Shown here: in pieces, positions 16,060-24,976 of the stretch | How positions within the stretch are numbered: position 1 is the first letter of the stretch | Layout: every line of letters begins with the position of its first letter | NCBI GenBank assembly: GCA_030604855.1 | Contig: JAUVVC010000001.1 | Location: 210,001-242,000 of the forward strand | Reading direction: 5' to 3' | Source of the DNA: Erysipelotrichaceae bacterium | GTDB taxonomy: Bacteria; Bacillota_I; Bacilli_A; Erysipelotrichales; Erysipelotrichaceae | DNA length: 32,000 nucleotides | Made by a program: the position numbers and the translations under genes | Notes under the pieces: model-generated | Database searches by the model: none | Told to the model about the DNA's origin: nothing | Seen by the model: the letters and a program-made list of their open reading frames with translations, nothing else

Positions 16060-16499
16060 GAAGTATCGCATTGGATGTGGGTTCTAAAACGGTTGGGGTT
16101 GCGATCAGCGACCTCAGCGGTTTTTTAGCGAGTCCTTTGGTCACCTTACGCTTTGCGAGTGAGGATTATGACGATGCGTTGGATCAGCTTGAAGCCTTGC
16201 TTAAAGAATATCCTGTGGATGCGATCATCTTGGGCTATCCCAAACACATGAATGGGAGTATCGGAGATGGGGCCTTGCGCTCGGAGTTCTTTAAGGATGA
16301 GATTGAGAAGTTCACCTCTGCTCCGGTCATTCTGTGGGATGAACGTTTGACGACGGTCATGGCGCACCAAAGCTTGATGAGCAATCAGATGCGCAATGAG
16401 AAGAGGAAGAAGGTTGTGGACCAAGTCGCAGCCGTAACGATGTTGCAGGAATACTTGGATCAAAAGAGACAGAAGGAGTCCGCGCATGGAAGAAAATAG
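16056..16499 (+). CDS. ruvX: Putative pre-16S rRNA nuclease / Holliday-junction-resolvase-like YqgF (RuvX)
   Basis: 147 aa with the N-terminus [19 protein letters not shown] and the [17 protein letters not shown] motifs. ATGA overlap with the ireB stop. Confidence 0.9.
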   Translation: MRSIALDVGSKTVGVAISDLSGFLASPLVTLRFASEDYDDALDQLEALLKEYPVDAIILGYPKHMNGSIGDGALRSEFFKDEIEKFTSAPVILWDERLTTVMAHQSLMSNQMRNEKRKKVVDQVAAVTMLQEYLDQKRQKESAHGRK

Positions 16500-16752
16500 T
16501 ATCGTTGTCATTGACGAAAGTGGAAAAGAAATCAATATGGAGATCGTCTTCACCTATGAAGATGAGGAATCGGGTAAGAATTATGTTTTTTACTTTGATC
16601 CAAGTCAAGAAGATGGGGAAGTCTTTGTGTCCTGTTATGATCCTGAAGGGAATCTATCCCCGGTTGAAGATCCTGAAGAGTGGAAAAAGCTTGAAGTCAT
16701 CTTTGAAGATTATGTATTGACCCATGAAGAAAACGAAAACGCGAAAAATTAA
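16486..16752 (+). CDS. DUF1292-family small acidic protein (YrzB-like)
   Basis: 88 aa, acidic. The pattern IVVIDESGKEINMEIVFTYEDEESGKNYVFY is characteristic of DUF1292. It overlaps ruvX by 14 nt, and synteny matches Bacillus yrzB. Confidence 0.8.
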   Translation: MEENSIVVIDESGKEINMEIVFTYEDEESGKNYVFYFDPSQEDGEVFVSCYDPEGNLSPVEDPEEWKKLEVIFEDYVLTHEENENAKN

Positions 16753-17806
16753 AAAGACAAGCTTAGGCTTCATCCTAATCTTGTTTTTTATCGTTGGCCT
16801 CGGGATTGGCACGCTGTATGTCCAAAGTAAGCTGGATGCGGTTGGGCTTGAAGGTGAAAAGGTCCTTTTTGCCGTTGAAAAAGGGGACACTTTGGATCAG
16901 GTCACGAATAAACTTTATGATTTGAATCTGATTGAAGATAAGTTGGTGTTTGAAGTCTATGCCAAATACATGAAGCTCACCGATTTCAAAGTCGGAGCCT
17001 TTCGTTTGGACACTGGCTTTGATGTGAAGACCATTCTCAGCACTTTGGTGGATGCGAGTAAGATCGTTCCAACGGATGTGGTCGTGACCATCATTCCAGG
17101 GGATTGGGCGAAACAGATTGCACTCAAACTGACTGCGGATATGAACAAGACCACTTCAGAAGAACTGATGGCCTTGTGGAATGATGAAGCGTACATCCGT
17201 TCTTTGATGGATGAGTATAGTGTATTGACGGAAGAGATCTTTGAGAACAAGGGTGTTCGGGTTTTGTTGGAGGGCTATTTGATGCCTGAGACCTATTTCA
17301 TGAATCCCAATGCCTCAGCAGATTCATTGACACGCCGTGTGTTGAATCAAACGCAGAAGGTCTATGATGAAAATAAAGCCTTGTTCGATGCCTTTGGGAT
17401 GTCCATTCACGATGCGATCACCTTGGCTTCTGTGGTTCAATTTGAAGCCGGTTTGGTTGAGGACATGAAGATGATCTCACAGGTGTTCTTGAACCGTTTG
17501 AAAATAAACATGCCTTTGCAGTCCAGTGTCACCGTGTGTTATGCCTTGTATGAGTATGAAAGTTGGAAGGATTGTGAGAGCTTTGCGAATCAAAAGATCG
17601 ATTCACCTTACAATACCTATCTGTATCGAGGTCTACCGATCGGTCCGATTACGAATCCTTCAAAGCAAGCCTTGTTGGCAACGATTCAACCGACTCCCAA
17701 TGATTATTATTTCTTTTTAGCGGATATATACGGTGATGGTAAGGTTTATTATGCAAAGACCTATGCCGAGCATTTAAAGAATGAAGATAAGTACCTAAAA
17801 CGATAG
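16724..17806 (+). CDS. mltG: Endolytic murein transglycosylase MltG (YceG-like)
   Basis: 360 aa with an N-terminal TM helix. The YceG core contains LASVVQFEAG (catalytic Glu) and SPYNTYLYRGLPIGPITNP. It overlaps the DUF1292 gene by 29 nt. Confidence 0.9.
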   Translation: MKKTKTRKIKKTSLGFILILFFIVGLGIGTLYVQSKLDAVGLEGEKVLFAVEKGDTLDQVTNKLYDLNLIEDKLVFEVYAKYMKLTDFKVGAFRLDTGFDVKTILSTLVDASKIVPTDVVVTIIPGDWAKQIALKLTADMNKTTSEELMALWNDEAYIRSLMDEYSVLTEEIFENKGVRVLLEGYLMPETYFMNPNASADSLTRRVLNQTQKVYDENKALFDAFGMSIHDAITLASVVQFEAGLVEDMKMISQVFLNRLKINMPLQSSVTVCYALYEYESWKDCESFANQKIDSPYNTYLYRGLPIGPITNPSKQALLATIQPTPNDYYFFLADIYGDGKVYYAKTYAEHLKNEDKYLKR

Positions 17807-17815
17807 GAGGATGAC

Positions 17816-18448
17816 ATGAGTAAACGTATCATTATTGGTGTAGCGGGGGGCAGTGCTTCTGGCAAAACATCTTTGGCTAAACGTTTGAAACGTGAATTTG
17901 AAGAAACAAATTCCGTTGTGATCATCCGCCAAGATGACTATTACAAGGATCAAGCAGAAATGACCATGGAAGAGCGTTTGAAGGTCAATTATGATCATCC
18001 CTTTGCCTTTGACAATGATTTATTGGCAAAACACTTGGGTCAGCTTCGTAACGGTCAAACCGTGGATATGCCGACCTATGATTTCATTGAGTACACACGT
18101 TCATCCGTGATTGAGAAACTCGAACCCCATGATGTCATTGTTGTGGAGGGTTTGTTTGTTTTGGAAGATGAAGCGATCCGTGAGCACTTGGACATCAAAC
18201 TCTTTGTGGACACACCTGCCGATGTTCGTTTCATTCGTCGCTTGAATCGGGATGTGCGCGATCGTGGACGCAGCTTGGACAGCGTCATCACGCAATACAT
18301 GAATACGGTACGTTTGATGCACGATCAGTTCATTGAGCCTTCTAAACGATACGCGGATGTCATCGTTCCCGAGGGGGGTAAGAACGAGGTTGCCGTGGAC
18401 CTGCTCACGACGAAAATTGGTAGTATTATCAAGATGAATATGCTATAA
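17816..18448 (+). CDS. udk: Uridine kinase
   Basis: 210 aa with P-loop GVAGGSASGKTS, plus DDYY and YDHPFAFD motifs. SD AGGAGG is present. Confidence 0.95.
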   Translation: MSKRIIIGVAGGSASGKTSLAKRLKREFEETNSVVIIRQDDYYKDQAEMTMEERLKVNYDHPFAFDNDLLAKHLGQLRNGQTVDMPTYDFIEYTRSSVIEKLEPHDVIVVEGLFVLEDEAIREHLDIKLFVDTPADVRFIRRLNRDVRDRGRSLDSVITQYMNTVRLMHDQFIEPSKRYADVIVPEGGKNEVAVDLLTTKIGSIIKMNML

Positions 18449-18472
18449 TCCAAAAGTTAAGGAGATCATAAG

Positions 18473-18940
18473 ATGGCACAGGAAAAAGTAAGAGTAACAA
18501 AAGAAGGTTTTGATGAACTCAAACGCGAACAAGAGCATTTGATTCATACCGTTCGTAAAGAAGTCATTGAAGATTTGCAAGCAGCACGTGCCCAAGGGGA
18601 CTTGTCTGAAAATGCGGATTATGATGCGGCTCGTGATCGCCAAGCGCGTGTCGAAGCACGTATCCGTGAGTTGGAGAACATCTTCAACAACATCGAAATC
18701 ATTGACATCCAAGGTGGCACACGTGTCGTCAAATTGGGTGCGCAAGTCACCATTCGCAGTCGTGATGGTTTTGAAGAAACCTATACCATCGTTTCTTCCG
18801 TTGAAGCAGACCCATTGAATGGCAAGCTCTCCAACGTCACCCCTTTGGCAGTGGCTTTGATGGATCGCATGGTCAGTGATGAGGAAATCGAAGTTGAAGT
18901 TGAACCACGTGAGTACATTCGCATCATCGATGTCAAATAA
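18473..18940 (+). CDS. greA: Transcription elongation factor GreA
   Basis: 155 aa. GDLSENADYDAARD is the acidic coiled-coil tip. The C-terminal domain contains PLAVALMD. SD AAGGAG is present. Confidence 0.95.
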   Translation: MAQEKVRVTKEGFDELKREQEHLIHTVRKEVIEDLQAARAQGDLSENADYDAARDRQARVEARIRELENIFNNIEIIDIQGGTRVVKLGAQVTIRSRDGFEETYTIVSSVEADPLNGKLSNVTPLAVALMDRMVSDEEIEVEVEPREYIRIIDVK

Positions 18941-18975
18941 TTAGGAATACCCAATAAATCAACGTATAAAGAAGG

Positions 18976-19419
18976 ATGAAAATCCTTTTTTTATTGCTTA
19001 TCCTCAGTTCCTGCGCATCACTTAAAGTTCTTCCTAAACAGGAGGTGCGTATTCAAGTTCAAGTCCAACATCTTGATCAGAGTATTGAGGTATTTGATGT
19101 GCCTCTTTACAGCACACTTGAGCTGATCTTGAATCAGATCGACTGTGCGGATTGCGATTTATCCCGCTTGAATCCTCAACAGATCCTTCACGACAAGGAC
19201 ATGATCGTGTTGTATCCCAAACAGGACCAACGTATTTCCATCAACCAAGCAAGCTTAGATGAGCTGTGTCAACTTCCTGGTATTGGTCCATCCATTGCCG
19301 CTAAGATCATTGCCTATCGTGAACAAGTCGGTATGTTTCAAACGTTAGAGGATTTGATGCTTATCAAAGGCATTAAAGAACGCCTATTTGCCAAGCTCAA
19401 AGATCATATCCGTTTATGA
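18976..19419 (+). CDS. comEA: ComEA-family DNA receptor (helix-hairpin-helix), lipoprotein-type signal
   Basis: 147 aa. The signal MKILFLLLILSSC is lipobox-like. The C-terminal tandem HhH is LDELCQLPGIGPSIAAKIIAYRE...LEDLMLIKGI. Confidence 0.8.
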   Translation: MKILFLLLILSSCASLKVLPKQEVRIQVQVQHLDQSIEVFDVPLYSTLELILNQIDCADCDLSRLNPQQILHDKDMIVLYPKQDQRISINQASLDELCQLPGIGPSIAAKIIAYREQVGMFQTLEDLMLIKGIKERLFAKLKDHIRL

Positions 19420-21308
19420 AGTCGTTCTTTGTGTATCTCAGTCTTTTGATGTGGATAAGCGTGAAAACACCTTGGCTCGCCTGTGTTCTATGCATTTACC
19501 TGCTCATCACGAAATCGATTCCATTCAAGTTCGTTTTTACTTGCTTGTTTGTTTTGTTCATCGTTCGATCCAGTCTTCAAATCTGTGAACCCATGGATCA
19601 AGGCCGTGTCGTCCGCTTGAATCGAAGTTCCATCTTGGTTCAAAAGGGCTTGACCAAGGTGATGGTTCAAGTTCACGATGTGCGTCGCTATGCGATGCAT
19701 GATCACATCATACTCTATGCATTACATCCCATTGAAGCCAACATGAATCAAGAGGGTTTTGATGCGATCGATTGGGCGAAAGCCAACAACGTGTGTTATC
19801 GAAGCGCAGAAGCGGACACCTATCGTACTGAGGGACAAGGTCTCATGCATCGATTAAGCAAGGGGGGCTTGAGTGCGGATGAACGTTTTGTTCAGGAGAT
19901 CCGCGCTTTGCTTTTTCAAAGCGATCCGGATGATGCGTACAGTCTTTGGGTTTCGATGGGACTTGTCTATCTTGGCATCTTGGATTTTATCAAACGTTTG
20001 TGCATCCATTTCAAGTCCATTTGGATCGAGCGTATTCTTTCCATATCCGTTCTTTTATATCTCGGTTCTGCCTTAGGCATGCCTTTGGCTTTGGGAAGAG
20101 TCTTGATCACAACGTTGATGGGAATATTCATAGAGGATCGTATACTTAAAGGATCGCTCAGTCTTTTCCTGTGTCTTTGGCTGTCACCCTATGGAAGCAC
20201 GCAATTGGCGTATCTCTTTCCTTTCTGTCTTCTAGCCACCTCATTGTTTGTGGATAAGAAATCCGCTAAATGGGTCCGTATTTGTGTCGCGTTCTGGTGT
20301 TTGTTGGTAAGCTTGAAACGTGTATCCATCTTGAGTTTGATTCTATTTCCAATGCAGCGAGTTCTCAATCTACTTTTAATTGGATTTGGGACTTTAAGTA
20401 CGTTCATTCCATCCCTTCAAAATAGCTTCAGTCTTATGTATCAACGCTTGGATGCGCTTTTTATCCTTACGCAATCCTTATGGATCATAAGAGGAAGTGG
20501 ATCCATGGGAGTATTTATCCTTTTTGTGTTGGTTTGGCATCGTATCAAAGATAGCCATTTCATCATGAAGGGACTCACGTTAAGTCTCATCAACTTTCTG
20601 ATGATCTATGCATCATATCCATGGTTCTATACCGTATCCATGCTCTACGTCGGGCAGGGCGATGCGCTTCTTTTACAAGCACCTTTTAATCAAAGTGTCA
20701 TCTTGATCGATACCGGTCCTCCGTCGCAGTTTGCGAATCTAAAGGCGAGTTTGGACCATCGCGGGATTCATACCATCCACACTTTGATCATCACCCACGA
20801 TGATTTGGATCACAATGGCAACCTTGAAGCACTAAGCAAGGACTTTGACATTAAACAGCTTGTGAAACTGGGGCGAGACATCGAAGATGATTGGTTCTAC
20901 CTAAAGTACCTTCCGATTCAAGATGCGAAAGAGGATAATGATCTTTCACTGGTGTACCATGTGCAGATCGCAGCGACACGTTTTTTGTTTATGGGGGATC
21001 TTGGCGTTGCGGGTGAACTGCAACTCATCAAAGCCAATCCAGAGCTTAAAAGCGACATCCTCAAGTTGGGACATCATGGCTCAAAGACATCCAGCAGTTT
21101 GGCTTTTCTTGAACATGTGCAAGCCCGCATCGCTTGGATAAGTGCGGGTAGAAACAACTATGGTCACCCCCACGTAGATGTTTTAGAACGTTTGGATCGA
21201 CTTGCGATGCGAAACATGGTATCACAGACTGTGGGTACCGTTCAGATCGTCGTCACACCCTGGTTTCGTTTGATGTGGGATCGTTTCAATCACTTCAGCT
21301 TGTTTTAA
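19416..21308 (+). CDS. comEC: DNA internalization-related competence protein ComEC/Rec2
   Basis: 630 aa with an N-terminal TM plus OB-like segment and a polytopic competence domain. The C-terminal metallo-beta-lactamase domain contains VGQGDALLL, THDDLDHNGN and GHHGS. ATGA overlap with comEA. Confidence 0.85.
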   Translation: MKSFFVYLSLLMWISVKTPWLACVLCIYLLITKSIPFKFVFTCLFVLFIVRSSLQICEPMDQGRVVRLNRSSILVQKGLTKVMVQVHDVRRYAMHDHIILYALHPIEANMNQEGFDAIDWAKANNVCYRSAEADTYRTEGQGLMHRLSKGGLSADERFVQEIRALLFQSDPDDAYSLWVSMGLVYLGILDFIKRLCIHFKSIWIERILSISVLLYLGSALGMPLALGRVLITTLMGIFIEDRILKGSLSLFLCLWLSPYGSTQLAYLFPFCLLATSLFVDKKSAKWVRICVAFWCLLVSLKRVSILSLILFPMQRVLNLLLIGFGTLSTFIPSLQNSFSLMYQRLDALFILTQSLWIIRGSGSMGVFILFVLVWHRIKDSHFIMKGLTLSLINFLMIYASYPWFYTVSMLYVGQGDALLLQAPFNQSVILIDTGPPSQFANLKASLDHRGIHTIHTLIITHDDLDHNGNLEALSKDFDIKQLVKLGRDIEDDWFYLKYLPIQDAKEDNDLSLVYHVQIAATRFLFMGDLGVAGELQLIKANPELKSDILKLGHHGSKTSSSLAFLEHVQARIAWISAGRNNYGHPHVDVLERLDRLAMRNMVSQTVGTVQIVVTPWFRLMWDRFNHFSLF

Positions 21309-21324
21309 AAAGAAGAGGAATCTT

Positions 21325-21333
21325 TGTTATAAT
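21325..21333 (+). promoter_or_regulatory. Extended -10 box TGtTATAAT 8 nt upstream of the holA ATG; possible leaderless transcript
   Basis: The sequence reads TGTTATAAT-AGTCCTGT-ATG, with no SD before ATG 21342. It lies in the 33-nt gap after comEC. Confidence 0.4.
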
Positions 21334-21341
21334 AGTCCTGT

Positions 21342-22325
21342 ATGAACAGCTTGATCTATGGCAATGAAGCCTATCTCTTAAATCAGTCGCTTGCAAAGCG
21401 CATCAAAGCCTTGGTTGGTGATCAAGATGGAATGAACACGGTTTTTTACGATGCCTCCAGTCCGAATTTCTCCATGCAGGCACTTTTGGAAGAAGCTCAA
21501 ACACTGCCGTTCTTCTCAGAACATAAGGTGTTGGTTTTGCAGAACTGTACCTTTCTAACGCGTGGAACGGCCTTGAAAGAGAGTGATCAGAAGGATCTGA
21601 TCAACTATCTCAAACAAGAACAAGGTTCCAGTTCCATCTTTTTCTTGCATGACAATGACAATCTGGATACCCATAAAAACATCACCAAGAAGATCATGGA
21701 AGTCTGCGAAGTTGAATATGTCAAAAAGTTGGAGCCCTTTGCCTTTCGAAAAACCCTCCAGAAACTTCTAAGTGATCATAAGATAACGATGAGTGAAGCG
21801 GCATTTGAGGAGTTTCATAAACGGATGGATTCGAATCTTTCGGTAAGTCATCATGAGGTTGAAAAGCTGGTCTTGTATGGTAACCGGTTGGAACTGAGTG
21901 ATGTGGAGGCCTTGGTCAGTCGACCTTTGGATAATGAGACCTTCCATCTGGTCAATGCCTTGATGGCTCAGGACTTGAAACAAGCCTTGAGCATCTATCG
22001 GGATATGATGACCTTGAACATGGAACCCTTATCCTTCAGTGGTTTGATCGCAAGTCAATTGCGTTTGTTGTATCAAGTCGCTTGTTTGCAGGATGCCGGT
22101 TATCATCGTCAAGAGATGATCAATAAGCTCTCTGGAGCCAACAACATAAATGTCTATCGTTTGAATAAATTACTGGATTTAGCGAATCTGACACGACCGG
22201 ATCGTGTGCTCAAAGTCTTGAATGCTTTGGCGGAGTACGATCAAAGGGCCAAGAGTGGATTGGTGGATAAGAAGTTTGGATTTGAACTATTTCTGATCGA
22301 GGCAAGTCAAGTATGGAATCACTAA
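21342..22325 (+). CDS. holA: DNA polymerase III delta subunit
   Basis: 327 aa with the N-terminus LIYGNEAYLLNQ, typical of HolA. It lies after comEC, as in Bacillus. Confidence 0.82.
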   Translation: MNSLIYGNEAYLLNQSLAKRIKALVGDQDGMNTVFYDASSPNFSMQALLEEAQTLPFFSEHKVLVLQNCTFLTRGTALKESDQKDLINYLKQEQGSSSIFFLHDNDNLDTHKNITKKIMEVCEVEYVKKLEPFAFRKTLQKLLSDHKITMSEAAFEEFHKRMDSNLSVSHHEVEKLVLYGNRLELSDVEALVSRPLDNETFHLVNALMAQDLKQALSIYRDMMTLNMEPLSFSGLIASQLRLLYQVACLQDAGYHRQEMINKLSGANNINVYRLNKLLDLANLTRPDRVLKVLNALAEYDQRAKSGLVDKKFGFELFLIEASQVWNH

Positions 22326-23530
22326 AAGAACTCTATAAGTTGGGTCCTGGACCCAGCAGCAGTCATACGGTTGCACCTTGGCGTGCGGCACAGATGTTTA
22401 AAGAACGCCATCCGGATGCGGTGGCTTTTGATGTGGAATTGTATGGCTCTTTATCTTTGACAGGGAAGGGGCATTTCACCGATCAGATCTTGATTCGAAC
22501 CTTTGCGCCTAAACCTTGCAAAATCTATTTCCGTTTGAATTGGGAACATCCATTTGACAATGGCTTGATCATCAAGGCCTATGATGTTCGAAGCAATCCG
22601 ATTGGTCAATGGACCATCTTCTCATTGGGTGGAGGAAGCATCAAAGTCCTCGATGAAGACTTTGATTTCCAACGTCAAATCTATCCCCAACAATCCCTTG
22701 GTGAGATCTATCGTGAGGTGATAGAAAAACATCACAGCATTCCTGCCTATGTCCTGCATTATGAGAAGGATGTCGAGGTGCATTTGATGGAGGTCTTGGA
22801 AGGCATGTTCAAGGCGGTAAGAAGAGGTTTGGAGACAACAGGGATCTTACCGGGTTTATTGGAGATTCCGCGTGTGGCGAAGTCACTCTATCTACAAGCC
22901 ATGAGCAAGGACGATCCATCCGCACAGAATCGTTTGAAACTAGTGGCGTATGCTTATGCGAACAATGAAGAGAATGCGGCGTGTGGGATGGTCGTGACCG
23001 CCCCAACCTTAGGCGCCAGTGGCGTCATGGCTTCCTTGATGTATCATCTCTATACCGATATCGGGGTATCCAAACATAAATTGGTTCAAGCTTTGATGGT
23101 GGGGGGGGTCTTTGGGAATGTGATCAAAGAGAATGCGACGATCAGTGGTGCCATTGGGGGCTGTCAGGCTGAGATCGGTAGTGCATGTTCAATGGCGGCT
23201 GCGGCTTTGGCTTATGTCAATGGCTTACCTTTGGAGTTGATTGAATACGCGGCTGAAATTGCCATGGAACATCATTTGGGTCTCACCTGTGATCCGGTGG
23301 GGGGCTATGTGATCATCCCATGCATCGAGCGCAATGGGGCTGCTGTGCTCCGATCGATTGATGCGGTGATGATGGCGGAAACGGTGGGTAAGGCCAAACC
23401 GAATCGTGTCTCTTTTGACATGGTGGTCAGAACCATGAATTATACGGGTAAGAAGATTGCGTTGGAGTTGCGTGAGACCTCATTGGGAGGCTTGGCGACG
23501 GAGATCAATATTCATCCGATTCAAGAATGA
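22313..23530 (+). CDS. sdaA: L-serine ammonia-lyase (Fe-S dependent), single-chain beta+alpha form
   Basis: 405 aa. The N-terminal LGPGPSSSHTVAP is the SDH-beta signature. The alpha domain contains GGCQAEIGSACSMAA and LTCDPVGGYVIIPCIERN, which supply the cluster cysteines. It overlaps the holA end by 13 nt. Confidence 0.9.
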   Translation: MESLKELYKLGPGPSSSHTVAPWRAAQMFKERHPDAVAFDVELYGSLSLTGKGHFTDQILIRTFAPKPCKIYFRLNWEHPFDNGLIIKAYDVRSNPIGQWTIFSLGGGSIKVLDEDFDFQRQIYPQQSLGEIYREVIEKHHSIPAYVLHYEKDVEVHLMEVLEGMFKAVRRGLETTGILPGLLEIPRVAKSLYLQAMSKDDPSAQNRLKLVAYAYANNEENAACGMVVTAPTLGASGVMASLMYHLYTDIGVSKHKLVQALMVGGVFGNVIKENATISGAIGGCQAEIGSACSMAAAALAYVNGLPLELIEYAAEIAMEHHLGLTCDPVGGYVIIPCIERNGAAVLRSIDAVMMAETVGKAKPNRVSFDMVVRTMNYTGKKIALELRETSLGGLATEINIHPIQE

Positions 23531-23537
23531 TAAAAGA

Positions 23538-23575
23538 ACCCCAGACTTCATGCAAGACATGAAATCTGGGGTTTT
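23538..23575. terminator. Long hairpin terminator between convergent sdaA and rpsT (usable in both directions)
   Basis: ACCCCAGACTTCATG-CAAGA-CATGAAATCTGGGGT pairs 14 of 15 positions. It is followed by TTTT on the plus strand and by CTTTT on the minus strand. Confidence 0.7.
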
Positions 23576-23578
23576 AAT

Positions 23579-23603
23579 AAAAAAAAACAATCCGAAGATT
23601 GTT
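23579..23603 (-). terminator. Rho-independent terminator of rpsT
   Basis: The minus strand reads AACAATC-TTCG-GATTGTT followed by T7. It begins at the last base of the TAA stop. Confidence 0.8.
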
Positions 23604-23866
23604 TACTGAATCGAATTAACTGCTTTGGACAAGCGAGCTTTTTGACGAGCTGCGTAGTTTTTATGATGAATACCGCTAGTAACTGATTTATCCAAACGAG
23701 AATTAGCCAAATCATATGCGGCTTTAGCTGCATCTACGTCTTTGACAGCTACAGCTTTCAAGACATTTTTGATGGCGGTTTTTAGATAGGATTTTTCAGA
23801 TGTTACTGCGGTGCTACGTTTCAGATTCGTTAGAGCGCGTTTCTTTTGCGATTTAATTTGTGGCAT
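23603..23866 (-). CDS. rpsT: 30S ribosomal protein S20
   Basis: The ORF track starts at GTG 23875. I prefer ATG 23866 (MPQIKSQKKRALTN...), with AGGAGGTG at 23873..23880. Confidence 0.95.
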   Translation of the reverse strand: MPQIKSQKKRALTNLKRSTAVTSEKSYLKTAIKNVLKAVAVKDVDAAKAAYDLANSRLDKSVTSGIHHKNYAARQKARLSKAVNSIQ

Positions 23867-23898
23867 GCGTTGCACCTCCTTTTTAATAGTCCTAACGC

Positions 23899-23927
23899 AT
23901 TATAACAAAGAACAAGTTCCAATGCAA
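23899..23927 (-). promoter_or_regulatory. rpsT promoter
   Basis: On the minus strand: TTGCAT (23927..23922), a 17-nt spacer, then TGtTATAAT (-10 at 23904..23899). Confidence 0.65.
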
Positions 23928-24001
23928 GATAGTTGCGTGAATTGTCTGAATCAAGCGTCGACGATTTGTCATGATCGACATCATTATTTAACAATATTCT
24001 A

Positions 24002-24010
24002 TGCTATAAT
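24002..24010 (+). promoter_or_regulatory. Extended -10 promoter TGcTATAAT for fmt
   Basis: Read directly from the sequence. SD GGAGG lies at 24021..24025, giving a very short 5' UTR. Confidence 0.55.
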
Positions 24011-24028
24011 ATGCAAGCAAGGAGGAAA

Positions 24029-24976
24029 ATGATGAAAAAACGTGTTTGTTTCATGGGTACACCCCAATTTGCCGTGGGTATTTTGGATGCTTTATTGACG
24101 TGTGAAATCGAACTTGTGGCCGTTGTGACACAGCCGGATAAAAAGGTTGGTCGTAAGCAGGAAGTTCAAGCGACACCCGTTAAAGTTGAAGCACTCAAAC
24201 ATCAGATTCCTGTCTTTCAACCCGAAAAGATTGGATCTTTAGGGGAAGAAATCATCGCTTTGGATTTAGACTTGATCGTGACCTGTGCCTATGGTCAGTT
24301 CATTCCGGAACGCATCTTAATGTCACCTCGCTTTGGAGCGATCAATGTCCATGCGTCGTTATTACCAAAGTATCGTGGGGGTGCTCCGATCCACAAAGCC
24401 ATCATAAACGGTGAAACCGAGAGTGGCATCAGCTTGATGCGCATGGTGAGGAAGATGGATGCCGGAGATGTCTTGTTTCAAGATAGTTGTCCGATCCACA
24501 TCGATGATGATGTGCAAGCTTTGCACGATCGTTTGATGGTATTGGGTGCGGATATGATCAAGAAACATCTTCCAAAACTCTTTAATACAGAAATAGTGAG
24601 TCATCCTCAAGATGAATCACAAGTCAGTTTTGCTTATAACATCACATCTGAAGAGGAGTTCGTCGATTTCAATCGACCGCTCTTAAATGTCTACAACCAG
24701 ATTCGAGGACTTCATCCTTGGCCGGTTGCGCATGCGAGCTTTGAGGGCAAGAAAGTCAAACTCTATAAAGCACGGATGCTCAATGAAGCACCGATCGAAG
24801 CACCGGGAACCGTATTGGGTTTAATGAATCAAGGCTTGGCAATCCGTACTCAAGATGGGATCGTATTGATTGATGAATTACAATTGGAAGGGAAAAAACG
24901 CATGAGTGCCCAAGCCTTTTATCAGGGCTTAGGGAAGCAATGGCTCAAGCGTCGATTTGATGAACATGAAAATTAA
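24029..24976 (+). CDS. fmt: Methionyl-tRNA formyltransferase
   Basis: The start is placed at ATG 24029 or 24032, after SD GGAGG (the ORF track gives 24011). Motifs are FMGTPQFAV, VVTQPDK and HASLLPKYRGGAPI. Confidence 0.93.
   Translation: MMKKRVCFMGTPQFAVGILDALLTCEIELVAVVTQPDKKVGRKQEVQATPVKVEALKHQIPVFQPEKIGSLGEEIIALDLDLIVTCAYGQFIPERILMSPRFGAINVHASLLPKYRGGAPIHKAIINGETESGISLMRMVRKMDAGDVLFQDSCPIHIDDDVQALHDRLMVLGADMIKKHLPKLFNTEIVSHPQDESQVSFAYNITSEEEFVDFNRPLLNVYNQIRGLHPWPVAHASFEGKKVKLYKARMLNEAPIEAPGTVLGLMNQGLAIRTQDGIVLIDELQLEGKKRMSAQAFYQGLGKQWLKRRFDEHEN

Noticed and set aside
16146-16553. 135-aa ORF antisense to ruvX and the DUF1292 gene
   Set aside because: It overlaps two well-supported, syntenic plus-strand genes and has no recognisable family features.
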